Positions 49,242 through 58,242 of a stretch of 64,000 nt of DNA are shown piece by piece. Source of the stretch: an uncultured Candidatus Saccharibacteria bacterium (GTDB lineage Bacteria; Patescibacteriota; Minisyncoccia; Phycocordibacterales; EsbW-18); assembly GCA_964520295.1 (NCBI GenBank), contig CAZFMQ010000001.1:7048-71047 (forward strand). The letters run 5' to 3'. The position numbers and the translations under genes are program-made. The notes under the pieces were generated by a model. That model did not search any database, was not told the DNA's origin, and saw only the letters and a list, made by a program, of their open reading frames with translations. How positions within the stretch are numbered: position 1 is the stretch's first letter; each line of letters opens with the position of its first letter.

Positions 49242-50186
49242 ATGAGCACTACACTTGTTAAATACAGCACAAAAATACTTCTCATGTGTGTGCTTGTGTG
49301 CGCGCCATTATTGACGCGTGCGGGATTTGGCGTCTCTCCAGGTCTTATTGAAGAATTACACCTTGTGCCAGGTACCCACATGGAAAAGACATTGTATCTC
49401 GTGCAGGGTGATCCAAAGCTAGATTTGCCTGCAACTGTTGCAGTTGAATCAGCAGATATTGCAAACTGGCTGACATTTCCTGATGGTACCTCGTTTATCA
49501 TTCCTGCTGGTGTACAGCAATATCCGTTACGCGTTGCATTTGATGTGCCGGTAGATGCACCTGTAGGTGACTATACTGCGTACATTCGTGTTACGACGCT
49601 TCCAAAACAAGATCCTGAAAATCAAATCACCATTGCACTCGGTGGACGCATTGACGTGCACCTTGTTGTTGGTACCGATATTGTAGTGGATTGGGATGTG
49701 CCACATATTGACGTGCTTGATGTAAAAGAGGGGGATGATCCAGAGGTGGTGCTGACAATTGATAACCGTGGTAATACGCAGGCAGGACCAGAGCGTGTAT
49801 CGTTTGATCTGTATAACAAGTATGGTGATGTGCGTTTGGGGTATGCAGAGACAGCGCAGGTATCCCGCGTACCATCGTTTACACGCAAGGCGCTTAAAGT
49901 AACATTTCCAATTGATATTCGTTTAGCGCCAGGGGAGTACTGGGGTCATGTGCGTGTGTATGGACGCGATGGTGTACTTGTACGCGAACTGAAAACACCA
50001 TTTGATGTAACGGTAAAGACCTTTGAAGAGAAGTATGGCGACCTCATTGTTGTCGGCGGTGCACTTCTTATCCTCTTGCTATGCATTGCGCTGGTTCGTT
50101 CAATTATTAAACACCGCCGCGCGCACAAGCAGTTGATGCATCATCAGCAGAACAACGTGCCACCACCGCCAATGCGCGTTTCCTAA
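49242..50186 (+). CDS. Signal-peptide protein with two predicted beta-sandwich domains, a C-terminal TM anchor and a basic tail. Topology resembles CscA/DUF916.
   Basis: Signal peptide ending LLTRAGFGVSPG. C-terminal TM LIVVGGALLILLLCIALV then RSIIKHRRAHK. Confidence 0.5.
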   Translation: MSTTLVKYSTKILLMCVLVCAPLLTRAGFGVSPGLIEELHLVPGTHMEKTLYLVQGDPKLDLPATVAVESADIANWLTFPDGTSFIIPAGVQQYPLRVAFDVPVDAPVGDYTAYIRVTTLPKQDPENQITIALGGRIDVHLVVGTDIVVDWDVPHIDVLDVKEGDDPEVVLTIDNRGNTQAGPERVSFDLYNKYGDVRLGYAETAQVSRVPSFTRKALKVTFPIDIRLAPGEYWGHVRVYGRDGVLVRELKTPFDVTVKTFEEKYGDLIVVGGALLILLLCIALVRSIIKHRRAHKQLMHHQQNNVPPPPMRVS

Positions 50187-50188
50187 GT

Positions 50189-51112
50189 ATGTTGTGGCGA
50201 CGTCTCCTCCTGTCGCTTATATGTATCGGCAGCGCAGCGCTCTGTAGCGCTACGGCGTTTGCCGACGATACCACCGTGACGGTGGAAGTCGTGATGCGTC
50301 AATGTTCAGATGGGATAGACAACGACGGCGATGCACTTATTGATTATCCTAATGATCCAGATTGTGATTCGCCAAATGATGACAGTGAAGGTGATGGAGT
50401 ACCACCCACTTCTGATGACGATGATGGTGGCGGTCGTGCATCATCATCGTATCGTCGTGGCACGCTGATACAATCGGCTATTCTATTTCGTGGAATAGCG
50501 CAACCGAACACATGGGTATTTGCATTTGAAGGTGATGACATGATTGGTATGGTGCAGGCTACAGTAGACGGCACATTCACGATGGGGCCAATAGCATTTT
50601 CTCCTGCACAAACGATATTTACGTTGTACGCATTTGACCCCGTGACAGGCACAACCACCACACATGCATTTCCGCTCACCATTCCTCGCTACTCAGTGGT
50701 AACCATAAGTGGCATTGCGCTGGGTATCGCACCTTTGGCGACAACAACCACAGCGACACTCCCGCCAATTTTATTTTTAGATGTTGTTGCCACTGACACA
50801 GCACACACAGAGTATCCAATACAATCACCCACAGAGAGTGTGCGTCCTGTACTCCCCACAGTTGTGACGCCCGATGCCGTGTATAGAGCATCATTGTTCG
50901 TAACGTCCGTGCGCGCACTTCTACAGACGCTCTATGATGGGTTCTTTGCGTGCCCAACACCGTACGACGTACGCGTCTTTTTAGCATCAGTGCAATTTTT
51001 GCAACCGTTGACACCGTTTATCCCATGCACCGTGTTGTGGTTTTCTGACCCGTTCTCGGCGCGTGTATTTGATGCTATAGTCGGTGTGTATGACAGCATC
51101 AGAAGGCGTTGA
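50189..51112 (+). CDS. Secreted protein with a MopE-like Cys/Asp metal-binding motif
   Basis: Signal peptide; CSDGIDNDGDALIDYPNDPDCDSPNDD (the C.DG.DND.D..ID…D.DC motif). Confidence 0.5.
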   Translation: MLWRRLLLSLICIGSAALCSATAFADDTTVTVEVVMRQCSDGIDNDGDALIDYPNDPDCDSPNDDSEGDGVPPTSDDDDGGGRASSSYRRGTLIQSAILFRGIAQPNTWVFAFEGDDMIGMVQATVDGTFTMGPIAFSPAQTIFTLYAFDPVTGTTTTHAFPLTIPRYSVVTISGIALGIAPLATTTTATLPPILFLDVVATDTAHTEYPIQSPTESVRPVLPTVVTPDAVYRASLFVTSVRALLQTLYDGFFACPTPYDVRVFLASVQFLQPLTPFIPCTVLWFSDPFSARVFDAIVGVYDSIRRR

Positions 51113-54100
51113 AAAAAGTGAACATGCGCTACGAGAGGAAGAGATTCTAGCGCAATGGAAAGAGCGAAATATCTTTGCAAAGACGTTGAAACAACCTGCA
51201 CCGCAGGGCGAGTTTACCTTTTATGAAGGCCCGCCAACAGCAAACGGACGTCCGGGTATTCACCACCTGATTTCGCGTATCTTCAAAGACGTTATTCCGC
51301 GCTACAAAACAATGCGTGGTTTCCACGTGCGTCGTAAGGCGGGGTGGGACACGCACGGTTTGCCTGTGGAGATTGCAGTAGAAAAATCACTCGGCCTCAC
51401 CTCAAAGAAACAAATTGAAGAGTACGGTATTGCGAAGTTCAATGAGCAGTGTAAAGAGGACGTGTGGAAATACATCAATGAGTGGCAAGAGTTTACGGAG
51501 CGCATCGGCTACTGGGTTGATCTCAATGATGCCTACATCACGTACTATCCGTCATATATAGAATCAGTATGGAACATTGTTGCGCACGTAGAGAAGCGCG
51601 GACTGCTGTATAAGGACTACAAAGTAGTCCCGTGGTGTCCGCGTTGTGGTACCGCACTCTCATCACACGAGCTTGCACAGGGATATCAGGATGTAAAAGA
51701 TTTATCTGTGTATGCGAAGTTTCGCGTGGTCGGGGAGGAGAATACTTTTTTGCTTGCATGGACAACGACACCATGGACACTTCCTGGTAACGTCGCGCTT
51801 GCCGTTGGTGCAGATATCGCGTATGTGAAAATCGCACAAGGCGGAGAGTTTCTTTGGTTGGCGCAAGAGCGCCTGTCGGTTGTGGAAGGGGAATATGAAA
51901 TTGTTGCAGGGGCGCGTGGTGCAGAGCTGGTAGGCATGTCGTATGAGCCTCTGTATCCGTTCTTGGGTGCACAGATTGCAGGAGCAGAAAAAGAGAAAAT
52001 GGAGAACGCATACAAGGTGTATCCGGCAGATTTTGTAACTACGGCAGATGGTACGGGTATCGTACACACAGCGGTGATGTACGGACAAGATGACTTTGAG
52101 CTCGGCAACCGCGTTGGATTGCCGAAGCACCACCTCGTTGGGGAAGATGGGCGCTTCATGTCAGGCACCGGTCTATTTGAAGGACGATTTGTGCGTGATG
52201 AAGATGTCGCAGTGGATGTGATAAAAGATTTGGCGGGTCGCGGACTGCTGTTTGCGAAAGAAAAATACGAACACACCTACCCGCACTGTTGGCGCTGTAA
52301 AACACCGCTTATCTACTACGCGCGCAATTCATGGTACATCCGTATGTCAGCACTCCGCGATGACCTCGTGCGTGAGAACAAAAAAATTAATTGGGTGCCA
52401 AGTCACATTCGCGACGGGCGTTTCGGTGAATGGCTTCGTGAAGTAAAGGATTGGGCAATATCGCGCGACCGCTACTGGGGTACGCCATTGCCTGCGTGGG
52501 AGTGTCAGTGTGGACACCGAGAAGTTATCGGTTCTATCGCGCACCTCAAAAAACTCACGCGCTCACGGGGCAATACATTCACGTTCGTGCGCCACGGAGA
52601 AGCAGAAAATAATGTACAAAACATTTCAAGCTCTGATGCCGATGCACCATTTCATCTTACGGAACGTGGCCGTGCACGCATCGCGCATGTTGCAAAAACA
52701 CTGACACGCAAGAAAGTATCTGCAGTGTACGCATCGCCATTTGTACGCACACAGGAGACAGCGCAGATTATTGCCGATGCGCTCGGAAAGAAGCATGACG
52801 ATATTATCACCGACAAACGATTGGGTGATTATGATTTCGGTGATTTTAGTGGTGGATCATATCATGATTTTCTTGCGTATGAAGGTGAGCACTTCACCAC
52901 GTATCGCGATCGTGCGCCGAATGGGGAAAGTTATGCAGATGCGCGTGCACGTTTTGCAGAGTTTCTCTATGACATAGATAGCAAACACGAACACGAGCAC
53001 ATCGTTGTCGTTTCGCACGGTATTTCATTGGAAGTCATCCCAGCAATTTTGGAAGGTATGGATGATACGCACGCAAAGCGTTTTATAGACAACATCAGCA
53101 CAAATCCGGGTGATACATTGTCATTTTCATTTGTACCAGTGCCACACAACGATGCACACGAGATTGATTTGCATAAACCATATATTGATGCAGTTGATTT
53201 GGTGTGCCCTGCATGTAGCAAAACGATGGCACGCACACCTGAGGTGATGGATGTGTGGTTTGATTCGGGTGCCATGCCGTTTGCGCAAGATCACTATCCA
53301 TTTGAAGGTGGTACGTATTTTTGGAATGCACAAAAACTTGCGTATCCTGCGCAGTATATTTCAGAAGCGATTGATCAAACACGAGGATGGTTTTACACAC
53401 TGCACGCAGTCGGTGCATTGATGGGGAAGGGTCGCGCGTATGAAAACGTGATTTGCTTAGGACACATTTTAGACGGTCAGGGTAAAAAAATGAGTAAGAG
53501 TTTGGGCAACATCATCAACCCATGGGAGGTTATGGCGAAGTATGGTGTTGATGTGGTGCGTTTTTGGATGTTCTCCATCAACCAGCCGGGTGATACAAAA
53601 AGTTTTGATGAGAAGACGGTTGATGAGGTACAAAAAAAGGTATTCAACATCGTGCGTAATGTCATGGCGTTTTATGCACTCTACGATGATGGTGCACCAT
53701 TGCCGAATGCGCGCAACAGCAAACATATTCTTGATACATGGATTTTGGCGCGCACCGATGCATTGGTGACGACGGTAACGCGCGAATTGGATGCATACCA
53801 CGCATTTGAATCTACCCGCGCAATTAAAGAGTTTGTTACCGATGTATCTACGTGGTACGTGCGCCGTTCTCGTGATCGTTTTCGCTCAGGTGGGGAGGAT
53901 GCGTTATATGCTCGTGCAACAACCCAGTATGTGTTGCAGGTGTTGGCAAAACTTCTTGCGCCGTTCACACCGTTTTTTGCAGAAGAGATATACCAAGCAA
54001 CGGGAGGCACTGCCGAAAGCGTGCACTTAGAAGCGTGGCCGGTTGCAGGCACAGTGTCGGGTGCGGAGACAGTATTGAAAGAAATGGAAGAGGCGCGCGA

Positions 54101-54545
54101 TGTGGTATCAAAAGCACTTGAAGCGCGCATGGGTGCGGGTATCAAAGTGCGCCAACCGCTCGCAACACTGACACTCTCACCACTGCACAAAGCATTGGCA
54201 CACAATGCTGAGTTGCTCGCGGTGATTGCAGATGAAGTAAACGTCAAAGCGGTAGTGGTTGCATCAGAAGAGCAAGGATTGGATGTGTCGCTGGATACAA
54301 CAATAACGCCTGCACTGGAGCAAGAGGGTGCTGTGCGTGAAATAATTCGTGCTATTCAAGATTTCAGAAAGACATCAGGATTACAGGCAACCGATACACC
54401 TGCATTGCACATCACCACATCAGAAACACAGAGCGCATTGATTGCAGAACATAAAGAAACACTACAGAAAGCAACGAATGTATCCGACATTATGGTTGCA
54501 ACAGGGGATACAGGTACAGAGCCGTTTGTGTTTTCATTGCGCTAA
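51090..54545 (+). CDS. ileS: Isoleucine--tRNA ligase carrying an inserted histidine-phosphatase (PGAM-like) domain
   Basis: HIGH (PGIHHL) and KMSKS present. About 195 aa inserted between ECQCGHREVIGSIAHLKKL and HKPYIDAVDLVCPACS, with FVRHGEAENN (RHGxxxxN), SPFVRTQETA and VVVSHGIS. Confidence 0.85.
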   Translation: MTASEGVEKSEHALREEEILAQWKERNIFAKTLKQPAPQGEFTFYEGPPTANGRPGIHHLISRIFKDVIPRYKTMRGFHVRRKAGWDTHGLPVEIAVEKSLGLTSKKQIEEYGIAKFNEQCKEDVWKYINEWQEFTERIGYWVDLNDAYITYYPSYIESVWNIVAHVEKRGLLYKDYKVVPWCPRCGTALSSHELAQGYQDVKDLSVYAKFRVVGEENTFLLAWTTTPWTLPGNVALAVGADIAYVKIAQGGEFLWLAQERLSVVEGEYEIVAGARGAELVGMSYEPLYPFLGAQIAGAEKEKMENAYKVYPADFVTTADGTGIVHTAVMYGQDDFELGNRVGLPKHHLVGEDGRFMSGTGLFEGRFVRDEDVAVDVIKDLAGRGLLFAKEKYEHTYPHCWRCKTPLIYYARNSWYIRMSALRDDLVRENKKINWVPSHIRDGRFGEWLREVKDWAISRDRYWGTPLPAWECQCGHREVIGSIAHLKKLTRSRGNTFTFVRHGEAENNVQNISSSDADAPFHLTERGRARIAHVAKTLTRKKVSAVYASPFVRTQETAQIIADALGKKHDDIITDKRLGDYDFGDFSGGSYHDFLAYEGEHFTTYRDRAPNGESYADARARFAEFLYDIDSKHEHEHIVVVSHGISLEVIPAILEGMDDTHAKRFIDNISTNPGDTLSFSFVPVPHNDAHEIDLHKPYIDAVDLVCPACSKTMARTPEVMDVWFDSGAMPFAQDHYPFEGGTYFWNAQKLAYPAQYISEAIDQTRGWFYTLHAVGALMGKGRAYENVICLGHILDGQGKKMSKSLGNIINPWEVMAKYGVDVVRFWMFSINQPGDTKSFDEKTVDEVQKKVFNIVRNVMAFYALYDDGAPLPNARNSKHILDTWILARTDALVTTVTRELDAYHAFESTRAIKEFVTDVSTWYVRRSRDRFRSGGEDALYARATTQYVLQVLAKLLAPFTPFFAEEIYQATGGTAESVHLEAWPVAGTVSGAETVLKEMEEARDVVSKALEARMGAGIKVRQPLATLTLSPLHKALAHNAELLAVIADEVNVKAVVVASEEQGLDVSLDTTITPALEQEGAVREIIRAIQDFRKTSGLQATDTPALHITTSETQSALIAEHKETLQKATNVSDIMVATGDTGTEPFVFSLR

Positions 54546-54547
54546 GT

Positions 54548-55141
54548 ATGTATTCAAAGACGCACACGCACGCTATTGTTTTGGGACATTATGATGCGGG
54601 TGAAGCAAGTCGCGTGTACCGATTATTTACGCGCGACCTCGGCACAGTGTTTGCGCGAGCGCAATCATCGCGCCTGCTTGGTTCAAAGCATCGGTATGGT
54701 TTGCAAACACTATCGGTCGCAGAAGTGTCGCTTGTGCGCTCGCGCGGGGGATGGCGACTGACGAATGTGGTGCCGCAAGTATCACTCCATGCGTTGCATA
54801 AAGACGCGCGTGCGAAGCACGCGCTGACGTGTCGTATACTCGCACTTGTACGGCGCTTTGTTATAGGTGAAGAAGAAGGAGGAGAGTTGTTCGGCATACT
54901 CTGGAATGGTCTTCATTTTTTTGAGAAGCACGCACTATCATCGGAACACGCACGGTGGTTTGAAGCACTGCTCGTACTACGCATACTCAATACGTTGGGA
55001 TACGTGCAGCGTAATGCTGTGTACACACCATTCGTAGAAAGTCCATCTCTATTTTCGCAAGAACATATAGAGCAATTTGCACCAGCATATACAACGGCAG
55101 TGCAAGAAATAAACCGCGCAATTATCGCATCGCACTTGTAA
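54548..55141 (+). CDS. recO: RecO-like recombination mediator (short form, no zinc finger)
   Basis: N-terminal OB-fold pattern AIVLGHYDAGEASRVYRLFTRDLG…; helical C-terminal part. Confidence 0.45.
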   Translation: MYSKTHTHAIVLGHYDAGEASRVYRLFTRDLGTVFARAQSSRLLGSKHRYGLQTLSVAEVSLVRSRGGWRLTNVVPQVSLHALHKDARAKHALTCRILALVRRFVIGEEEGGELFGILWNGLHFFEKHALSSEHARWFEALLVLRILNTLGYVQRNAVYTPFVESPSLFSQEHIEQFAPAYTTAVQEINRAIIASHL

Positions 55142-55234
55142 TCGCCGGTGTCGTGGTGTAGTTGACAAAAAGTGTATTTTAGGATATACTGTACACCAGG
55201 TGTTGTTTCTAAACTAACAGAAAGGAGAAAAAGA

Positions 55235-56068
55235 ATGCGAAGAGAAGAGTTGGAGGAGTCGGAACCGTTTCCTCCGTACCCTACGGATGAGTCGGATGCC
55301 ATGAGCGCCCAGGAGACCGTCCAGTGGGCGGTCATCCTGGTCGTAATCATCGGCCTCATCATCTATGTGATGATGAAGCCGACGCCGGCCGAAGGACAGG
55401 AGTTTTCGATGTCTTACGAGAGTAAGTACATCGACTACAACGGAGAGCTGCTTCATGACGACCCTGTCGGTCGTCTGAAGTATTTCCAGCCGTTGTCCCA
55501 GAACAACTGTCTCTATCTCTACAGCGAAGTGCTGTGGGACGGGGATAGCTGGGGCAACTCGTACGGCGACGAAGCTGGGCTGTATCTCGGATGCTACTTC
55601 GCATCCGAGAACACGAGTTGGTTCGTCGACGCGGGTGCGGGTTATGTCTGGGTTTCCAAGCTGGAAGGCGAGGAAATCCCAGACATCATCAACCCGTACG
55701 TGGAGCTCGGTCGGTCATTCGACCGCAACGAGGAGGGAGCGTCATTTTCGCTCTCTCTCGTTGCGGATGGATACCATCCAACCGAGAGTTGGCTGCAAGA
55801 TGGGTGGTTCACCCGCCTTCGCACAGTCAGCATGGTGCCTCTGGGATCGCGCGCGAATCTGCGCGTGTTCTTGGAGGGCACGCACGATCCAGGCGTATAT
55901 GGCCTGGATGAGGCGTACATCGGTTTGGCTGACCTGTCTGTTCAGTTTTCCCTTGGGGAAAACTGGACGGTGGCACCAGGGTTCAAGCGGTCCGTTCTAC
56001 TCTCGGATGTCTCGGATTACCGAGATGACGAGAGTTCGTGGATGCTCACGTTCTCGTACAGTCGTTAG
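55235..56068 (+). CDS. Hypothetical beta-strand-rich membrane-anchored protein in a G+C-rich insert
   Basis: SD AAAGGAGAAAAAGA ahead of the ATG. TM VQWAVILVVIIGLIIYVMM. Alternating-hydrophobic strands SFSLSLVADGY, NLRVFLEGTHD, WMLTFSYSR. Confidence 0.35.
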   Translation: MRREELEESEPFPPYPTDESDAMSAQETVQWAVILVVIIGLIIYVMMKPTPAEGQEFSMSYESKYIDYNGELLHDDPVGRLKYFQPLSQNNCLYLYSEVLWDGDSWGNSYGDEAGLYLGCYFASENTSWFVDAGAGYVWVSKLEGEEIPDIINPYVELGRSFDRNEEGASFSLSLVADGYHPTESWLQDGWFTRLRTVSMVPLGSRANLRVFLEGTHDPGVYGLDEAYIGLADLSVQFSLGENWTVAPGFKRSVLLSDVSDYRDDESSWMLTFSYSR

Positions 56069-56113
56069 TTGTACTTGTTGTGCTGTAAAGCGCGTCGTTA
56101 CCGACGCGCTTTT

Positions 56114-56950
56114 CTATTTTTCACTCAACCTGTATCGTACAGCACGTTTTTCAATAAATCCTTCAGTGCGTAGTGCAGAAAGTGCAGCACGCACATCAAC
56201 AGGTGTTCTCTTTGTATGTTTCACTATCTGTTTTTCAGTGGTTGTGTGTTGTGCAAGTAGTTTCAGAATGGCACCGCGCAGTTCGCGCTTTGACCCTTTG
56301 AATGTGGATTGTCTCACGTAATGTTTGCTTCGGACATTTGCATTACCTACAGTTTTTTTCAAGTGCGCACCGTAGTCCATAAGCGCCCAATACCACATAC
56401 GAGGATTACGCATGTATAGCATGTCGGCAATTTTGTTTTCTAGTACCGCATCTGACACGTGCTTCCTCCGTGGAAAAAAATGATGCAGAAATACAGTGCG
56501 TATGTTTGTTTCAATAAGCATCATCGGTTCGTTCCATGCAAATGCACACACGGCTCCTGCGGTATACGGACCAATACCAGGCAGTGCAACAAGCGCACCA
56601 TACGTTCGGGGCAGGGTGCCGCGATGTTCTTGCATTACAATTTGTGCTAAACGATGCAGTGCAAGCGCACGACGGTTATAGCCCAGCCCTTGCCAGAGTG
56701 TAAGGACATCGGCAGTTGTGGCTCGTGCAAGTTTTGCAATCGTGGGAAAGCGTTTTAAAAATTGTGCATACTTCGGCAGAACACGATCAACCTGCGTTTG
56801 TTGCAGCATCATTTCCGATACAAGAATATGGTACGGATTATCGGTGTGTCGCCACGGGAGCGTATGGCGACCGTGCTTCTTGTAAAAATCCAATACAACC
56901 TTTTGGAATTGGCGCGTATCCATACACATAGCGTATCGCACAAATAGCAA
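56114..56950 (-). CDS. mutY: MutY-like HhH-GPD adenine DNA glycosylase, short form lacking Fe-S cysteines and the C-terminal NUDIX-like domain
   Basis: VLDFYKKHGRHTLPWR…PYHILVSEMMLQQTQVDRVLP (MutY has VLDWYDKYGRKTLPWQ…WLSEVMLQQTQV); LPGIGPYTAGA HhH-GPD loop; no Cys cluster. Confidence 0.65.
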   Translation of the reverse strand: MLFVRYAMCMDTRQFQKVVLDFYKKHGRHTLPWRHTDNPYHILVSEMMLQQTQVDRVLPKYAQFLKRFPTIAKLARATTADVLTLWQGLGYNRRALALHRLAQIVMQEHRGTLPRTYGALVALPGIGPYTAGAVCAFAWNEPMMLIETNIRTVFLHHFFPRRKHVSDAVLENKIADMLYMRNPRMWYWALMDYGAHLKKTVGNANVRSKHYVRQSTFKGSKRELRGAILKLLAQHTTTEKQIVKHTKRTPVDVRAALSALRTEGFIEKRAVRYRLSEK

Positions 56951-56986
56951 TAGAAAAAAGCAAAAAAAAGTGGTATTCTGCGCTCT

Positions 56987-57074
56987 GGAGACGTGTCAGA
57001 GTGGTCGAATGTACCTCCTTGCTAAGGAGGCAGGGCGCAAGCCCTCGTGGGTTCGAATCCCACCGTCTCCGCCA
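56987..57074 (+). tRNA. tRNA-Ser (anticodon GCU), class II long variable arm, encoded CCA
   Basis: Acceptor stem GGAGACG/CGTCTCC. Anticodon stem-loop CCTCC-TTGCTAA-GGAGG. Variable arm CAGGGCGCAAGCCCTCG. T-arm GTGGGTTCGAATCCCAC. Confidence 0.9.
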
Positions 57075-57094
57075 AGACAACTAAGTATCGGAGT

Positions 57095-57109
57095 GACCCG
57101 AATACCTAA
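57095..57109 (+). repeat. 15-bp direct repeat (left copy) GACCCGAATACCTAA flanking the AT-rich mini-island
   Basis: Second copy GACCCGAGTACCTAA at 58228-58242. A third partial copy GACCCGAGTACT lies near 58338. Confidence 0.45.
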
Positions 57110-57137
57110 TCTTTCCTATTTAAGGTAAAATATAATT

Positions 57138-57821
57138 ATGAATCCAAAAAGCTTTTTTAGAGAAGACTTAAATCTAATGAACCGATGGTGGCACCGGTTG
57201 TTTCTTGTGATTTTTATTGTTGCATTTATTTCTATTGTGATAGCTGTTATCTCAAGTACGGTAAACGATAACCAGTTACCAAAATACAGAAAGGTTGGAA
57301 TGCTATCTGATCGAATGACAAGTAAAGTGCAGCTCATAGGAAATCTGGTAAAGCCGAATGAAAAAATTGCTGTTTATGAACATAACCTATATGGCTCGTA
57401 TCTTGGCAAGGATTTTTATGACGGGAATGGAGGCTGGCTATTGAAACAAGAATATTATTGTGCAAAAAATATTTCCGATCATGTTGAAGAAATATCAGAA
57501 ATAACTGGAGTAAAAAACTATAAAGGCAACTCCGAGTTGGTTTCATTGGATGAATTCAAATCTTATCTTGCAAAACAAAATGCTGACTGCATCGAGAACC
57601 TTAAGCTGGATGAAATTAATTTTTTAGGTAACATCCGTAATACTTTGTCTTGGGGTCTTGAAGCTGATGATATGGCTGTTTGGCAAATATCTGTATTGAA
57701 AACTATTGTTGCAGTTTTGTTACCAATATTGTTTATAACACTAGGTTTTATACTACTCCTTGTAATCTATTATAAAGTTTTCTTATTTATTGTTTTTGGT
57801 AAATCTCAAGGAGTCAATTAG
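57138..57821 (+). CDS. Hypothetical membrane protein (N- and C-terminal TM helices), AT-rich
   Basis: Markedly lower G+C than the surrounding window. TMs LFLVIFIVAFISIVIAVI and VAVLLPILFITLGFILLLVIYY. Confidence 0.4.
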   Translation: MNPKSFFREDLNLMNRWWHRLFLVIFIVAFISIVIAVISSTVNDNQLPKYRKVGMLSDRMTSKVQLIGNLVKPNEKIAVYEHNLYGSYLGKDFYDGNGGWLLKQEYYCAKNISDHVEEISEITGVKNYKGNSELVSLDEFKSYLAKQNADCIENLKLDEINFLGNIRNTLSWGLEADDMAVWQISVLKTIVAVLLPILFITLGFILLLVIYYKVFLFIVFGKSQGVN

Positions 57822-57822
57822 T

Positions 57823-58221
57823 ATGTGGTTAGAACTACTCCAAAATATTTTAGGTGCATTTCTGGGAGCGGGTATCATAGCTGCAATATTTGGTTACTGG
57901 TTTGAAGAAAGACGAAGGAAAGAAATCAAGAAAGAGGAAGCTGTAGAGGCTGTCTCAGAACTCCTAGCAGAATGGATCAGGTCAGGTTACATCAGCAATG
58001 TAAGCGAGAATGAGGCTCGTTGGAGATTGCAATCAATGTACTGGAAAACCGTTCTTCGCTTGGATAAAAAAATCCTTGATGTACTAATCCCTCGGTTAGC
58101 AAACAAAGAAGATGCTGTTCCAACCAATGAGGTAATAGTTGAGGTTAGGAAAGCCTTACTCAATCTGAAGAAGCCAGATATCAAGGCAAGCGATTTAAAC
58201 AACTGGCTTCCAAAGAAATAG
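57823..58221 (+). CDS. Hypothetical small membrane-anchored protein, AT-rich
   Basis: MWLELLQNILGAFLGAGIIAAIFGYWF; SD AGGAGT ahead of the ATG, 2 nt after the upstream stop. Confidence 0.4.
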   Translation: MWLELLQNILGAFLGAGIIAAIFGYWFEERRRKEIKKEEAVEAVSELLAEWIRSGYISNVSENEARWRLQSMYWKTVLRLDKKILDVLIPRLANKEDAVPTNEVIVEVRKALLNLKKPDIKASDLNNWLPKK

Positions 58222-58227
58222 CACCCC

Positions 58228-58242
58228 GACCCGAGTACCTAA
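58228..58242 (+). repeat. 15-bp direct repeat (right copy)
   Basis: GACCCGAGTACCTAA, 14 of 15 identical to the 57095 copy. Confidence 0.45.

Noticed and set aside
51084-51112. Overlap of ileS start with the upstream MopE-like gene as a possible frameshift or fusion
   Set aside because: An in-frame ATG at 51090 gives a normal IleRS N-terminus. The short overlap is ordinary operon packing.
56838-57080. 80-aa minus-strand ORF overlapping tRNA-Ser
   Set aside because: It is the antisense strand of a well-formed tRNA gene, so it is spurious.
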